IMG/VR virus record: IMGVR_UViG_3300023116_000065 | Coordinates: 1-52,643 of that record | Origin: a virus | Taxonomy: Duplodnaviria; Caudoviricetes | Reading direction: 5' to 3' (one strand) | Length of the DNA: 52,643 nucleotides | Shown: positions 16,801 through 24,614 of the stretch, in pieces | Layout of the letters: every line of letters begins with the position of its first letter | Position numbering within the stretch: position 1 is the stretch's first letter | Translations under genes and position numbers: made by a program | Notes under the pieces: model-generated | What the model was told of the DNA's origin: nothing | Seen by the model: only the letters and a program-made list of their open reading frames with translations | Database searches by the model: none

Positions 16801-19800
16801 GATTTTTCTTATGTAATTAGATCACAAATTCCAGTTTCTGACTGGAGACAAACTATCAAGACATCAACCCACCCTGCAGGTTTTGTTGTATTTGGTGAGG
16901 TTATTATTGACTCTTCTCAGAGCGTGGCAATGCTACCTGTTCTAGGTGAGGTCAAATGTCCAGCAAATGCTGCGACTTCTTCTTGGAAATTTGATACTAG
17001 AACGGAGATCTCAACTACTGGTGACACTGCTGGTGCTCTATATCTTAGAAATGCGTTTGGTATTCAGGTTGGGGATGCTCTGAAGTATCGTTCTACAAGT
17101 CAAGATGAGGTTATTTCTTGGAATGCTACAAATCTTGCAGGAGATCAGGTAACTGGAAGACTAGTTCATGATCGTATTTACTATGTATTAGAGATTACTT
17201 CTACTGATCAGTATGGAACTTGGATCAAATTTGGTCAATATCACCCAGAGGACAAGTTTGCTGATGTTGATCATAACAAAGAAAATTACATTTATAATTT
17301 AGTACCAACTGATATTTCATACAAACACGAATTTAGATGTGATACCCAAAATCCAAAAACATTGATTACTATCAATGTTCTGAAGAAATTTGTTGAAATT
17401 AGAGATACTAGACCACAACTTGGTCCTTCACTCAAAACTATTCAAATCAATAAGTTCTTCCAATTCAATAGGAAGCGTGGTATTGGTTCTCTTATTGTAT
17501 CTGAGGGATCTGTTGCTGTTGATCTCAAACAAGTTGATGATCTAACTCCAACCTTTGCTGAGGGAGTTAAGATGTATGACTTGAGAAGTCTTGGAACTAA
17601 CTTTATTCCTTATAGCGAAAATACATTACTTATTACTCTTGATGGTGTTGTCCAAGAACCAGGAAAATCATTTAGTATTATTAATGATAGAAAGTTAGAT
17701 GAATTAGAAATCACAACGACTGGTGCAGGAGAACTTGAATTTGATTCTTGGAGAGTTACTAATACCTCAACTAATGCAGGTATTGCTGATGTAAGAACAG
17801 TATATAATGATGTAGATTTTGTTTATATCAAGGCAGAAAGTTTACCTTCATACACAACAACTTTCAGTGGATATGATACTGCACCCTCTGCACAAGGATT
17901 CATCAGAAGATTCCCTAAAGTTCCATTCTCTCCTGTTGAAAAACCCAGAAAACCTTTAGGAACTTTTGGTACATTTGTAAATGGTGTTCAAATTTACAAC
18001 GTTCTGCAAGGAGATAGTTATAAGAATAGAGGTGATTGGAATATTAACCACGGAAATTGGTCGGGTAATGAAGACACCTATAATGGTTTAGTTGATGTTG
18101 CTGGAACTTATTTTCATTACAATAACCCAATTGAACTGAGAAGACAACTATCAGACAATATTTCATCTAGTGGTGCATATGTTGAGGCAACTACACTAAC
18201 CCACTCACCAATCCTCGGTTGGGCATATGATGGCACACCAATTTATGGTCCATACGGTTATTCCAATCCAAATGAAGTTTCTTCCATCGTAAAGATCAAC
18301 AGCAGTTACGCTAAGAGATCTATTACTACTAGAAACGTTCTCCCTGATGGAACCATCCTACCTGATGCTGAAGTTGGACCACCAGTCAATTCTGTAGAAT
18401 TTACAGTAACTTCTTTTGTCGATTTTACTGGATCTACAGAAGAATTTGCACAAGACCAAAATATTCTTCAGGTCAATAGTGGAACGGATAGTGGTGTAAT
18501 TGCAGGAGTTTCAGGAACTGTTGTTTCTTATGATCCTGTTACAAGACAAGTTCTTCTCAGAAATGTAGTTGGAACTTTTGCTGAAGGTATGTGGATCAAG
18601 TCTCAGACTGGTTGGGCACAAATCAATAGCACACCTATTCGTTATAATCTTGGATATTTTGCTGAAGATTATGTTTATACTAATGGATCAGGTCATCTTG
18701 ATCAATATAATGGAAGATTCTGTGTAACTCCAGAATTTCCTAACGGAAGGTATTGCTATTTTAGTACCATTGAATCAACAACTGCCACATATGGTGGAAC
18801 AAATAATGGTGCGTATCCATATATCGCTGGTGTTGACCTGTATCATAGATTCTATGAGGAAAACCGCCTCAGAGCATCTGAATTGAGAGATAAGATTATC
18901 TTTAATGACCCTCCTCTCAAGTATACTGATCCAATCAATGGGCAAGTAAACGTACAACAATTCCAGGGAAGACTGTTCAGTTTTGTTGATGATTCAAATA
19001 ATAATCAATATGCCAAGAAATATAAAGATATCTCTGACCAGTTTGATGGCAATAAGACTACATTCAATTTAGAATTTACAAACGGACAAGCATTATATTC
19101 ACCTACAGATCCAACAGAAGCAAATGAATATGCTTTTGTTTGTGTTGATGGTATTCCTCAGGTATATGGTGAAGCATATACTATCAATGATGCACAAAAC
19201 ACGATTACATTTACTAATCCACCAAAGAGAATTGGTAAAGTAATCAATATGAGTGAGGTTACAAACTTATCTCAGTTTGCTGATAGTGAAATCGTTGTTG
19301 GGCAGACTTCACAAGCAGAGGGTAAAGTTCTCAGTAGAACAACTTCTGGATATGAAGGTAAAGGTATCATGAAAGTTGAAGTTACCCGTGGAGACTTCGT
19401 AGATGAAATTATTGTTGGTCAAACGTCAAATACTACAGGTTCTATCAAACTAACGGGTACTATCACCACAGGTCAAGACAGATTCCTTGATGCTGCCAAT
19501 TTGATTGAAGCTAATAAGCAGTTGATTGCAGAAGAAGCAGTTGACATCATGTTGGATTACTCTGCATATAGAGGAACATTTAGCGTTCCTGGTGGAAATC
19601 AGAACTGTATTGATGATGTTATGGATGTTATCGGTGCAGTAGTCAATAACTTAAGATTTGGTGGAAATGATTATACTTGGGATGCTGCAAATCTATATGC
19701 AACTGGTGGAGCACTTCAGCATCTTGTAGGTGAGGAAGAGCAATCTAAATTAGTATTCAGATGGGCAAAAGATCTCTGTATTCTTGCAATGCAGAACAGA

Positions 19801-22800
19801 CTAGGATATAACCCTGTTGATGGTGCAGGATATCCAACAAACCCAGTTGAAGATAGATTTGTTGATGCGGCGAATTTGATTACAAGTAATAAAGATTTCA
19901 TCGCAAATGAGGCAGTTCAAAGAATGCTTCTAGATCCAGCAAACTCTGGATTCTCAGTTCCTAATGGAACTGTAAATTGTGTTGATGATGTCAAGGATGT
20001 TCTAGATTCTATGGCATTCAATATGAGATATGGTGGAAATAGTAAGGTTTGGGATTCTGCAAACTTCTATGCTACAACAACTAATCTTCAAGGCGAAGAA
20101 GATGAATCTATCGAGGTCTTCAACCATGCTAGAGGAATCGCAATTCAAGTAATCCAAAACGTTGCTGTAACAGTTCAGGGATCACATGGTCTTACCCAAA
20201 CATTTGACAATAGTATTACTGTTGATGCTGGTGGGTGTGCAAATGTTCAGTCAGCAATTACCACATATATTAGTATTATTACAAGTACTATCAATGATAA
20301 TACATATCTGAATGGTATTACCAGAACATCACCTAAAGCATATCCAATTACATATAATGGTCAAATTAACGTAATTACTGACAATTCAATTATTATTGAT
20401 GGTTCAAGTTACACTGCATCATGTGCAAATATTGAATCTGCAATTTATACGTTATTTGATATTGTAATCAATACTATTTCAGATCCAACAACATTATCCT
20501 CTATCAATAGGACATCAGGTAAGGGATATGTAGAGAAGGAAGGATTCCCACAAAAGTTCTTTGCTTTTGCTAATGGTAAGTATTCTGTTCTCGACTCTTT
20601 TGATACTTCACTCCAAGATAACACAACGTTCTTACTGAAGAGATCTGGTGACCTTATTGTACCAACTAGTTCTCTTCAAATTATTATGATGGTTGATGGT
20701 GTTATTCAGGAATTTGGCAAATCATATGTTTTGAATGAGGCATTAGTTGAATTCTATGAACCAGTAAGAAAAGGATCTAAGGTTGTTGCACTTTACTGGT
20801 ATGGTAAGGATCTTGAGAAGATTCTTCAGGGTTATAACATGCCATTATATGAACCAAACTTTATCAAGAGAAATCTTATCACTGGCACTGCAGTTACATA
20901 TACTGATCCAGGTGGATTCAGTACAAATAAACTGATTAGATCTATTAAGTCTGAGGATGTTCCAGTATTTGAATATTTGGATACTTCCAAGAAAGTTCAA
21001 ATTGATGGGGAAGCACAACCAAGAACTATTTTCAGTGTCTCTAACAGGGACATCATTCAGTGGGAGACAGATGATACTGAGAGCAATACATATTCGTTTG
21101 ATGCAACAAACATTAATACCATATTCAGTAAAGTATATCTTGATGAATATACTGGAACAGCACAAACTTCTGATGTTATTGAGCCTGGTACAAGAGTAAC
21201 TTACAACAATAATGGAAATCCTGATATTCCTGGATTGACTGGTGGTCAGCAATATTATGTTGGATATCGTTATCCTGAAAGAGCAGTTCTGTTCTACAAT
21301 GATTATCAATCTTCATTATCATCAGATGAAACATATGCTATTGCGATTGGAACCAGTACAGGTGTTCATAGTATTACTATTCCATCAGATCTTTATGGTC
21401 TGAGACAGGCAAACATTACAACTAGTGATTATGGTGGCATCACAAGAGGTCAGGGTGCTGATCTGGTTGCTAGAGTTAGATGGACTGCAACTGTTGCTAG
21501 CACTGCAGCATATGCACCAGAGCAATTACTATTTTCTGCTGGGGAAAATGTCGCTAAAGTGATTGAAGTAATTTCGGCAACGGAAGTCGAAATTCAAATG
21601 TTCCCTGACAGAGTAATCCCACTAAACTCGGTGATTACAACTGATCTTGGTGGATCCAATCCACAAACAGTTACTGGAAGAGTAAATGGTAGAGTTGTCG
21701 CCATTGAACCAGTTCAAGGTGCGTTCCCAATTGGATCAGACTATGAAACTGCTCCAATTATTGTAATTAGACCATCTAGAAATGATACTGGTAGATATGC
21801 AACTGCATATTCTCAGATTAATAGAAATAATCAACTCGAAAATTGTGTTGTAACTAATGAAGGTGAAGAATACTATGAAGTTCCTGATGTACTTGTTAGT
21901 AGAGAATATGATGTCATTTCACCAGTATATCCAACAGTCAAGACTGCAGGATATCTAAACTTCTGGACTTCTCAAGATACTCAGATTTCTGTTAGCACAT
22001 TTATTGATGCTCGCTCTGAAGTTGAGGTTCAAATTCTAAGGAATGTTGATATTGGTGTAGATGATCCACTTAATGATCAAGTAGTCACTATAAATCTTGA
22101 GCCACAGATTCTTGATGATTTTATTACCACACCAGGAAAAACTTACTCATATAATGGTGCAGCACCATTTGAAGAAGATTTAGCAGATGCAGTTCCAGCA
22201 ACAGTTACTTCTGTTGGTCTCTTGAGATTGACACCTACGTTTAGTCTCCTTGAGGAAGATAGATTTGCTCTTGAAACCTCCTTTGAGATTGGTAGTCTAG
22301 ATCAATTCCAAGACTTAACTATTGGAACGGTAAGTGATAGATATTATTCCTCAATCTACAAGGATCTAAATAACCGCGTGACTAGATATAATATGTCGCC
22401 AATTACATCGACAGTTGAGGCAGTAGCAACACTAACTGCAAATTATCAAGTTGTTGATTCTGAGATGTCTATTTCCAGTGTTGCTGGATTCAATAGACTT
22501 TATGTTGAAGGAACTACATTCTGGATTTATCCTGGAGCAGAAATTTATAATGAAGTTTCTACTGATCTAATTGGTAGAGTTGAAAGAATCATTGATTCAA
22601 ATACTTGGGTAATTCAGTTAGAAAGAGGAAAACAACTCACCGTTGGTCAAGGATTGACATATGCCAAGAATACTGTGAAGGTGACAGAAGTTGCTGATAG
22701 ATATGGGTACGTTCAATTTGCTGAAGCAGGCAAAGTTGAGACAGTACGATATGGAAGTATTGATTGGACATTCAATAAGTTGACCGAGGTTGAAAATAAC

Positions 22801-22851
22801 TCCTATCCACATAGCTCGAACGTGGAAATAAGGACAGCATACGAGCACTGA
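10822..22851 (+). CDS. gp7: Giant baseplate wedge initiator gp7-like protein (4009 aa) with two YHYH-type domains
   Basis: QLPDFFVQEYPLFVEFFKQYY; IKDFYRSKGT; KIQDSYFYQDFSYVIRS...HPAGF; located between gp6 and gp8. Confidence 0.88.
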   Translation: MINISQLVDNQLPDFFVQEYPLFVEFFKQYYKYTEIDNSSSSILKKIQTYQSSDFYKDGIILETVLANDVSVTDTQIVLSSDVNNADAVDKNNIPIFERFPKEGLLLLKSSNGNEIVQYKNINKQTGVVSQIKRGAAGTVKLGDLLLESNSYTSTEVIEHAANDTEVINITHLFLASLFKNLKTQYFSGLPVERLNEGVNVPTVLKYIKDFYRSKGTSPAVEFLFRSSFNDDKVLIRYPNEQLIKASESTWSVDTIIQADLVNLSNGYTTDDLSGLVLKQVKYAHDTSIEEASASIERVISLKSGERQLYRIYVNSESVTGNFSPINQTLSRVNFSFGQKSLVVDSTVGFPEINGVFYIEGVVDANGESVAFTYAEKTGTEFYGIESDALGFTTARKNARVYSGNVVSVVEDITSSVSSPFATFRPTGIISDFDIVNTGLLLSEGDKFDFVQSGIEGNLPIQTSWSQNAPGNEANVSLVSVSGQMRSTYLQNDYKVTKSVNGVYDDGDYVYVSSNGFPDVVGSIGNINGGPNALLNPASQRHLKKIPKNLSFAQTLYPLPDDNTVAVSVDGVPIISPTGTNESLSNRELVTQGEIIKINVTNGGSGYSEAPRVSISGVGGATGTAVVTNGSVTAITITAAGQGYTYRPEITISTGSGAVLEANFGSNNRLGDIQSLDIVNSGSFYTQAPDIEVVDESGRGRGAKFIVQSIDPVNGNITAIKKVSGGFDYDQTKTKIYVVSTGTGATAEAEVRSWHRDNYAAYTQFADDANGYPFQGRFPEYNDAYYYVGNPRGYRITKNDNITSGGVELPSDLTHSPIVAWSYDGVPIYGPVGYSDPTDSNSALKRVESSYYLRDDRGENGPSAVEFTMGSFVEDYEYKPEGNPLHKDLDKHNGRFCVTPDFPEGRYCYFLTIHSSDDINQRNRQDARPRYPYMIGPTYKFNPETSNFTKESILSSLPSNAIRIRDVNDNVPNFGTNLEASVTAVSSGSVDSVIIENPGNNYSVGTDNYIPRFVAGDKLFVDDTNTQGVGFAGKVASIVAKNNSGNDIGVSSISYSTITGSLDVRKQVLNIAPPTFDGTDFQYNKIFENDTIVDTSKTKYAIETAIACSATDTVLRFRTANTSNVNIGDTIDIQSESVYINSAFTNSSRYVYLSVANIQSSDPVSPQTDQGFFYKYENGKELFDEIYVDSGDQSTKVGRILEINAVSNILKVEMYIDPDTQNYYAIPALATGISNQIQTEPRYSQNVSSIEYVKEVTVIRGYDGSKASRHPFGVECSTQVPTANIDDYKVRLQFTGADPSLFVPGVYIQGQNSDTTARIELVETISATSGYLYLTDVKEGPNASDIPRFGIYNNGSFGPETINEIGAGVTTTLIADIDEDDTILKVVNSDLFYVNRYINIGTEIMRITDKKSGQLTVTRAQGGTVADEHSVNASVSISNHSATTAGDTYQLTVSLENAQRFSNTSTFDDNNGDSITVNAVVDGSISDEDITLNIDAENYEKFSLGDVIEIGTEQLRIDSKRTNLLTVTRGFNQTTASHHSHNASIENISKYDAVVTTNTNHDLLESDLIEISGDPSLETIQETGISVRIVNGQFEFSSVHTDSNYQQNPSLTLVYGHKYVFDVSESTNSNTTLGFYSDRDFNNEISVERIGVPGSLNSKVILKNNNRDYTNIYYNNPNALISGLTSKLTFIEDPYNVSLTGVFDLTDTTFKYIVRTKPEGNARGTKTLALQSHRYSGKIHRISITDAGRGYQSLPTIKGVYFREEDAFRGTVITDDDGTIQRVDIDFGGTRYVSPKVYVIGNGSGASMTADVLDNSIRRITINSGGFGYDKNTKLVLVEEDSRNVRILPATTSIGKISAFSIKNPGYDLTSNYTMAPQVRIPTTIQVININGEYRKGETVYQGNVNTPSGQGVVDSFNSTTNVLKLISVTGRFVDGVQVVGYTSSATSTASKVNLSKISATVGALTSIEGVFTDEFGKLNTASQKIQDSYFYQDFSYVIRSQIPVSDWRQTIKTSTHPAGFVVFGEVIIDSSQSVAMLPVLGEVKCPANAATSSWKFDTRTEISTTGDTAGALYLRNAFGIQVGDALKYRSTSQDEVISWNATNLAGDQVTGRLVHDRIYYVLEITSTDQYGTWIKFGQYHPEDKFADVDHNKENYIYNLVPTDISYKHEFRCDTQNPKTLITINVLKKFVEIRDTRPQLGPSLKTIQINKFFQFNRKRGIGSLIVSEGSVAVDLKQVDDLTPTFAEGVKMYDLRSLGTNFIPYSENTLLITLDGVVQEPGKSFSIINDRKLDELEITTTGAGELEFDSWRVTNTSTNAGIADVRTVYNDVDFVYIKAESLPSYTTTFSGYDTAPSAQGFIRRFPKVPFSPVEKPRKPLGTFGTFVNGVQIYNVLQGDSYKNRGDWNINHGNWSGNEDTYNGLVDVAGTYFHYNNPIELRRQLSDNISSSGAYVEATTLTHSPILGWAYDGTPIYGPYGYSNPNEVSSIVKINSSYAKRSITTRNVLPDGTILPDAEVGPPVNSVEFTVTSFVDFTGSTEEFAQDQNILQVNSGTDSGVIAGVSGTVVSYDPVTRQVLLRNVVGTFAEGMWIKSQTGWAQINSTPIRYNLGYFAEDYVYTNGSGHLDQYNGRFCVTPEFPNGRYCYFSTIESTTATYGGTNNGAYPYIAGVDLYHRFYEENRLRASELRDKIIFNDPPLKYTDPINGQVNVQQFQGRLFSFVDDSNNNQYAKKYKDISDQFDGNKTTFNLEFTNGQALYSPTDPTEANEYAFVCVDGIPQVYGEAYTINDAQNTITFTNPPKRIGKVINMSEVTNLSQFADSEIVVGQTSQAEGKVLSRTTSGYEGKGIMKVEVTRGDFVDEIIVGQTSNTTGSIKLTGTITTGQDRFLDAANLIEANKQLIAEEAVDIMLDYSAYRGTFSVPGGNQNCIDDVMDVIGAVVNNLRFGGNDYTWDAANLYATGGALQHLVGEEEQSKLVFRWAKDLCILAMQNRLGYNPVDGAGYPTNPVEDRFVDAANLITSNKDFIANEAVQRMLLDPANSGFSVPNGTVNCVDDVKDVLDSMAFNMRYGGNSKVWDSANFYATTTNLQGEEDESIEVFNHARGIAIQVIQNVAVTVQGSHGLTQTFDNSITVDAGGCANVQSAITTYISIITSTINDNTYLNGITRTSPKAYPITYNGQINVITDNSIIIDGSSYTASCANIESAIYTLFDIVINTISDPTTLSSINRTSGKGYVEKEGFPQKFFAFANGKYSVLDSFDTSLQDNTTFLLKRSGDLIVPTSSLQIIMMVDGVIQEFGKSYVLNEALVEFYEPVRKGSKVVALYWYGKDLEKILQGYNMPLYEPNFIKRNLITGTAVTYTDPGGFSTNKLIRSIKSEDVPVFEYLDTSKKVQIDGEAQPRTIFSVSNRDIIQWETDDTESNTYSFDATNINTIFSKVYLDEYTGTAQTSDVIEPGTRVTYNNNGNPDIPGLTGGQQYYVGYRYPERAVLFYNDYQSSLSSDETYAIAIGTSTGVHSITIPSDLYGLRQANITTSDYGGITRGQGADLVARVRWTATVASTAAYAPEQLLFSAGENVAKVIEVISATEVEIQMFPDRVIPLNSVITTDLGGSNPQTVTGRVNGRVVAIEPVQGAFPIGSDYETAPIIVIRPSRNDTGRYATAYSQINRNNQLENCVVTNEGEEYYEVPDVLVSREYDVISPVYPTVKTAGYLNFWTSQDTQISVSTFIDARSEVEVQILRNVDIGVDDPLNDQVVTINLEPQILDDFITTPGKTYSYNGAAPFEEDLADAVPATVTSVGLLRLTPTFSLLEEDRFALETSFEIGSLDQFQDLTIGTVSDRYYSSIYKDLNNRVTRYNMSPITSTVEAVATLTANYQVVDSEMSISSVAGFNRLYVEGTTFWIYPGAEIYNEVSTDLIGRVERIIDSNTWVIQLERGKQLTVGQGLTYAKNTVKVTEVADRYGYVQFAEAGKVETVRYGSIDWTFNKLTEVENNSYPHSSNVEIRTAYEH

Positions 22852-22868
22852 CCCTTCCAGTTATCCCC

Positions 22869-22882
22869 TATAAATATAAATA
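22869..22882 (+). promoter_or_regulatory. T4-type late promoter (two overlapping TATAAATA)
   Basis: TATAAATA at 22869-22876 and 22875-22882, upstream of gp8. Confidence 0.8.
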
Positions 22883-22919
22883 ATCGAAGGACTTAGACCC
22901 TTACTCTAGAGATATAACA

Positions 22920-24581
22920 ATGTCAAGCAGCATCATTACTGAACAGTTTAGAGTGCATAATGCCGACAAATTTGTTAAGTCGTTTGATGTCACCAACAGT
23001 GGCACAAACTCTAACAATATGTACTTCTTTATCGGAAGACATAGAGCATGGTACTCAACTTACGCAACCAATTCAAATTATGGAACGTCAACTACTCCTA
23101 CATTAGATGAAGGAAACGTTCCTGTACCATATGACAACAACGACTTCTATAGCGAAGTTTACGATGATGTCCTTTCTCTAAAAAAGATCGGATTTTCTAA
23201 CGTAAGAAAAGTTGTTAGAAGGTACAATTGGCAGCAAGGTAAGAAATTTACCATGTATCGCCCAAACTATAGTGTACAGAATCAGACAGCAACTGGTACT
23301 TCAAGTCTGTTTGACTCCGAATTCTATGTAATGAATCCAGATACCTATGAGGTATTCAAAGTTCTAAACAATGGTGTAAGTCCTTCTAACCCTACTGGAA
23401 CTTCGACTGGTTCAGTTGCTCCAACCGCTGCTGTTGCTGACTCAAATAACATTGTTGACTTCACGTCAACTGATGGTTATGTCTATCAATATCTCTATAA
23501 GTTAGAGACGAACGACGTTCTTTTCTTCACCACTACTGATTTTATTCCAGTAAAGGATACCAGTTATGCTGGTTCGGTAGTTGATGGAGCAATTGACATC
23601 GCTCTTCTCAAGAGTTCTGGGTCTGGAATGCCAGTTGGAACAGATCTGTATTTCCGTATTTATGGTGATGGTGATGATTCCACTAATGGTTTTGCTGTAC
23701 TGAAACTAACTACCGATGCTGGTGGTACTTGTACTGCTGCAGAAATCACCACAAGAGGTAGAAACTACACTTATGGTATTGTTGATCTTACTGCATCTGC
23801 AACTTACTACGCTTCTGAGGCAGATCTCAGAGCAGGTACATCACCACTGACTCTACCAAGCAGTGGATATACTGCACCTACCGTTGAAATCGTAATTCCA
23901 CCTCAAGGTGGACATGGTTCCAATACAGCACTAGAGATGGGTGCTAAGCGAGTTATGCTTAATACTCGCCTTGTATATGGTAACAGATCGACCGCTGCAG
24001 ATAAGACATCTGATTTCTATGTTGATCAAGATTTCAGAAGAATCGGAATTATTAAGGATCCCCTGAATACATCCGCTGCTGCCCTAACCACCGATACTGC
24101 TAGCGGAACTCATGCAATTATTATTGACACTTCCAGTGGTAGTGGAATTTTCTCTAGAGACGAAGTTATTACCCAAACTTACACGGTCACTAGAGGTACT
24201 GCAAGTTTGACTGTTACTGCAAAAGGCAGGGTAGTTGATTACAATCAGTATGATACTTCAAGCAATCTTGCAATTCTACGTTATACCCAAGCACCAAATG
24301 ATGCTGAACTAAGAGATTCTGATGGTTCTATTTGGCCATTCTTTACAGCAGCAACTGGTGGCGGAACTGTAAATAATATCAACGGTGTTGACTCAAGTTC
24401 CGATAGACCAATCAACAGAAGCAGTCAGGGTGTTATTGAAAACCAAGGTGTATTTGTGAATGGCATTTGCCCTCCAGAATATGAGAAGTATAGTGGTGAA
24501 GTCATCTATGTTGAGAACAGAAGAGTCATCACAAGAGCTGCTGACCAAATCGAAGACGTAAAACTCGTTATTGAGTTCTGA
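22920..24581 (+). CDS. gp8: Baseplate wedge subunit gp8
   Basis: IITEQFRVHNA; YFFIGR; DGYVYQYLY; DFRRIGIIKDP; C-terminal SGEVIYVENR...QIEDVKLVIEF. Confidence 0.93.
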   Translation: MSSSIITEQFRVHNADKFVKSFDVTNSGTNSNNMYFFIGRHRAWYSTYATNSNYGTSTTPTLDEGNVPVPYDNNDFYSEVYDDVLSLKKIGFSNVRKVVRRYNWQQGKKFTMYRPNYSVQNQTATGTSSLFDSEFYVMNPDTYEVFKVLNNGVSPSNPTGTSTGSVAPTAAVADSNNIVDFTSTDGYVYQYLYKLETNDVLFFTTTDFIPVKDTSYAGSVVDGAIDIALLKSSGSGMPVGTDLYFRIYGDGDDSTNGFAVLKLTTDAGGTCTAAEITTRGRNYTYGIVDLTASATYYASEADLRAGTSPLTLPSSGYTAPTVEIVIPPQGGHGSNTALEMGAKRVMLNTRLVYGNRSTAADKTSDFYVDQDFRRIGIIKDPLNTSAAALTTDTASGTHAIIIDTSSGSGIFSRDEVITQTYTVTRGTASLTVTAKGRVVDYNQYDTSSNLAILRYTQAPNDAELRDSDGSIWPFFTAATGGGTVNNINGVDSSSDRPINRSSQGVIENQGVFVNGICPPEYEKYSGEVIYVENRRVITRAADQIEDVKLVIEF

Positions 24582-24614
24582 TTCCAATTACACTAACTTC
24601 AGGAAGAATAGACA

